From a virus (Duplodnaviria; Heunggongvirae; Uroviricota; Caudoviricetes), in IMG/VR virus record IMGVR_UViG_2693429623_000005, positions 1 through 7,031 of that record: DNA of 7,031 nt; one strand, given 5' to 3'. The position numbers and the translations under genes were made by a program. This document shows, piece after piece, positions 6,777 through 7,031 of this stretch. The notes under the pieces are model-generated. The model ran no database searches and was not told the origin of the DNA. It saw nothing but the letters and a program-made list of their open reading frames with translations. Within the stretch, counting starts at the first letter, position 1; every line of letters starts with the position of its first letter.

Positions 6777-6811
6777 CTTTCCGATAGCACAGGTCTGTCG
6801 GGGGGCGGGAT

Positions 6812-7009
6812 ATGTATCAGATGGAAAAAATATCAACAGGCATTGCCTACGGCACCTCCGCCGGCAGTGCCGGCTACTGGTTTTTGCAGTGGTTGGATCA
6901 GGTCAGTCCATCACAGTGGGCTGCGATTGGTGTGCTGGGAAGTCTGCTTCTGGGGCTTCTGACTTATCTGACGAATCTGTATTTCAAAATAAGAGAAGAT
7001 AAGCGTAAG
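6812..7009 (+). CDS. S: S21-like class II pinholin with dual start (Met1/Met4); native frame interrupted after codon 66 by the IS terminus at 7010
   Basis: Translation [66 protein letters not shown], then the frame continues into IS sequence (WICPYIS) with no stop before the window end. Matches the phage 21 S21 68/71 holin as recalled. Missing from the ORF track because there is no in-window stop. Confidence 0.8.
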
Positions 7010-7031
7010 TGGATTTGCCCCTATATTTCCA
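7010..7031 (-). mobile_element. IS2-like terminus of a second copy in inverted orientation; element continues beyond the window
   Basis: tggatttgcccctatatttcca is the exact reverse complement of 117..138. Confidence 0.85.

Noticed and set aside
6132-6811. Shiga-toxin genes between the tRNAs and holin
   Set aside because: Looked for them because of the Q933-type gene and tRNA arrangement, but there is no A or B subunit-sized ORF; the interval is only 680 bp.
6176-6962. Plus-strand ORFs 6176..6391, 6312..6605 and 6711..6962
   Set aside because: No RBS, mutually overlapping frames, and the last overlaps the recognisable holin frame and a terminator; treated as non-coding.

Overview
This window is a lambdoid (enterobacterial) prophage segment on the + strand, running from the replication module through the nin/Q region to a tRNA cluster and the start of the lysis cassette. 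It is bracketed by two inward-facing, inverted copies of the same IS2-like insertion-sequence terminus (1..138 and 7010..7031), which truncate an upstream replication gene and the holin gene. Gene order: IS end, DnaB-family helicase, small ORF, RusA resolvase, Q933/QuuD-type antiterminator with a promoter/terminator unit, then ORF6N-domain protein, 95-aa unknown, DUF1367-like protein, YbcO-like protein, 184-aa HTH protein, duplicated terminators, four tRNAs (anticodons CAU, UCU, UGU, UCC), a 680-bp ORF-free gap, terminator, and an S21-like pinholin gene cut by the second IS. The most unusual structure is an interleaved conserved-flank arrangement, R1-[four genes]-R2-R1-[32-codon ORF]-R2, which marks a variable locus holding two alternative inserts in tandem. 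The four-gene insert sits downstream of a complete Q unit, so it is either a cargo cassette or a second nin/Q-like module. All family assignments come from reading the translations and recalled family signatures; no database search was run.
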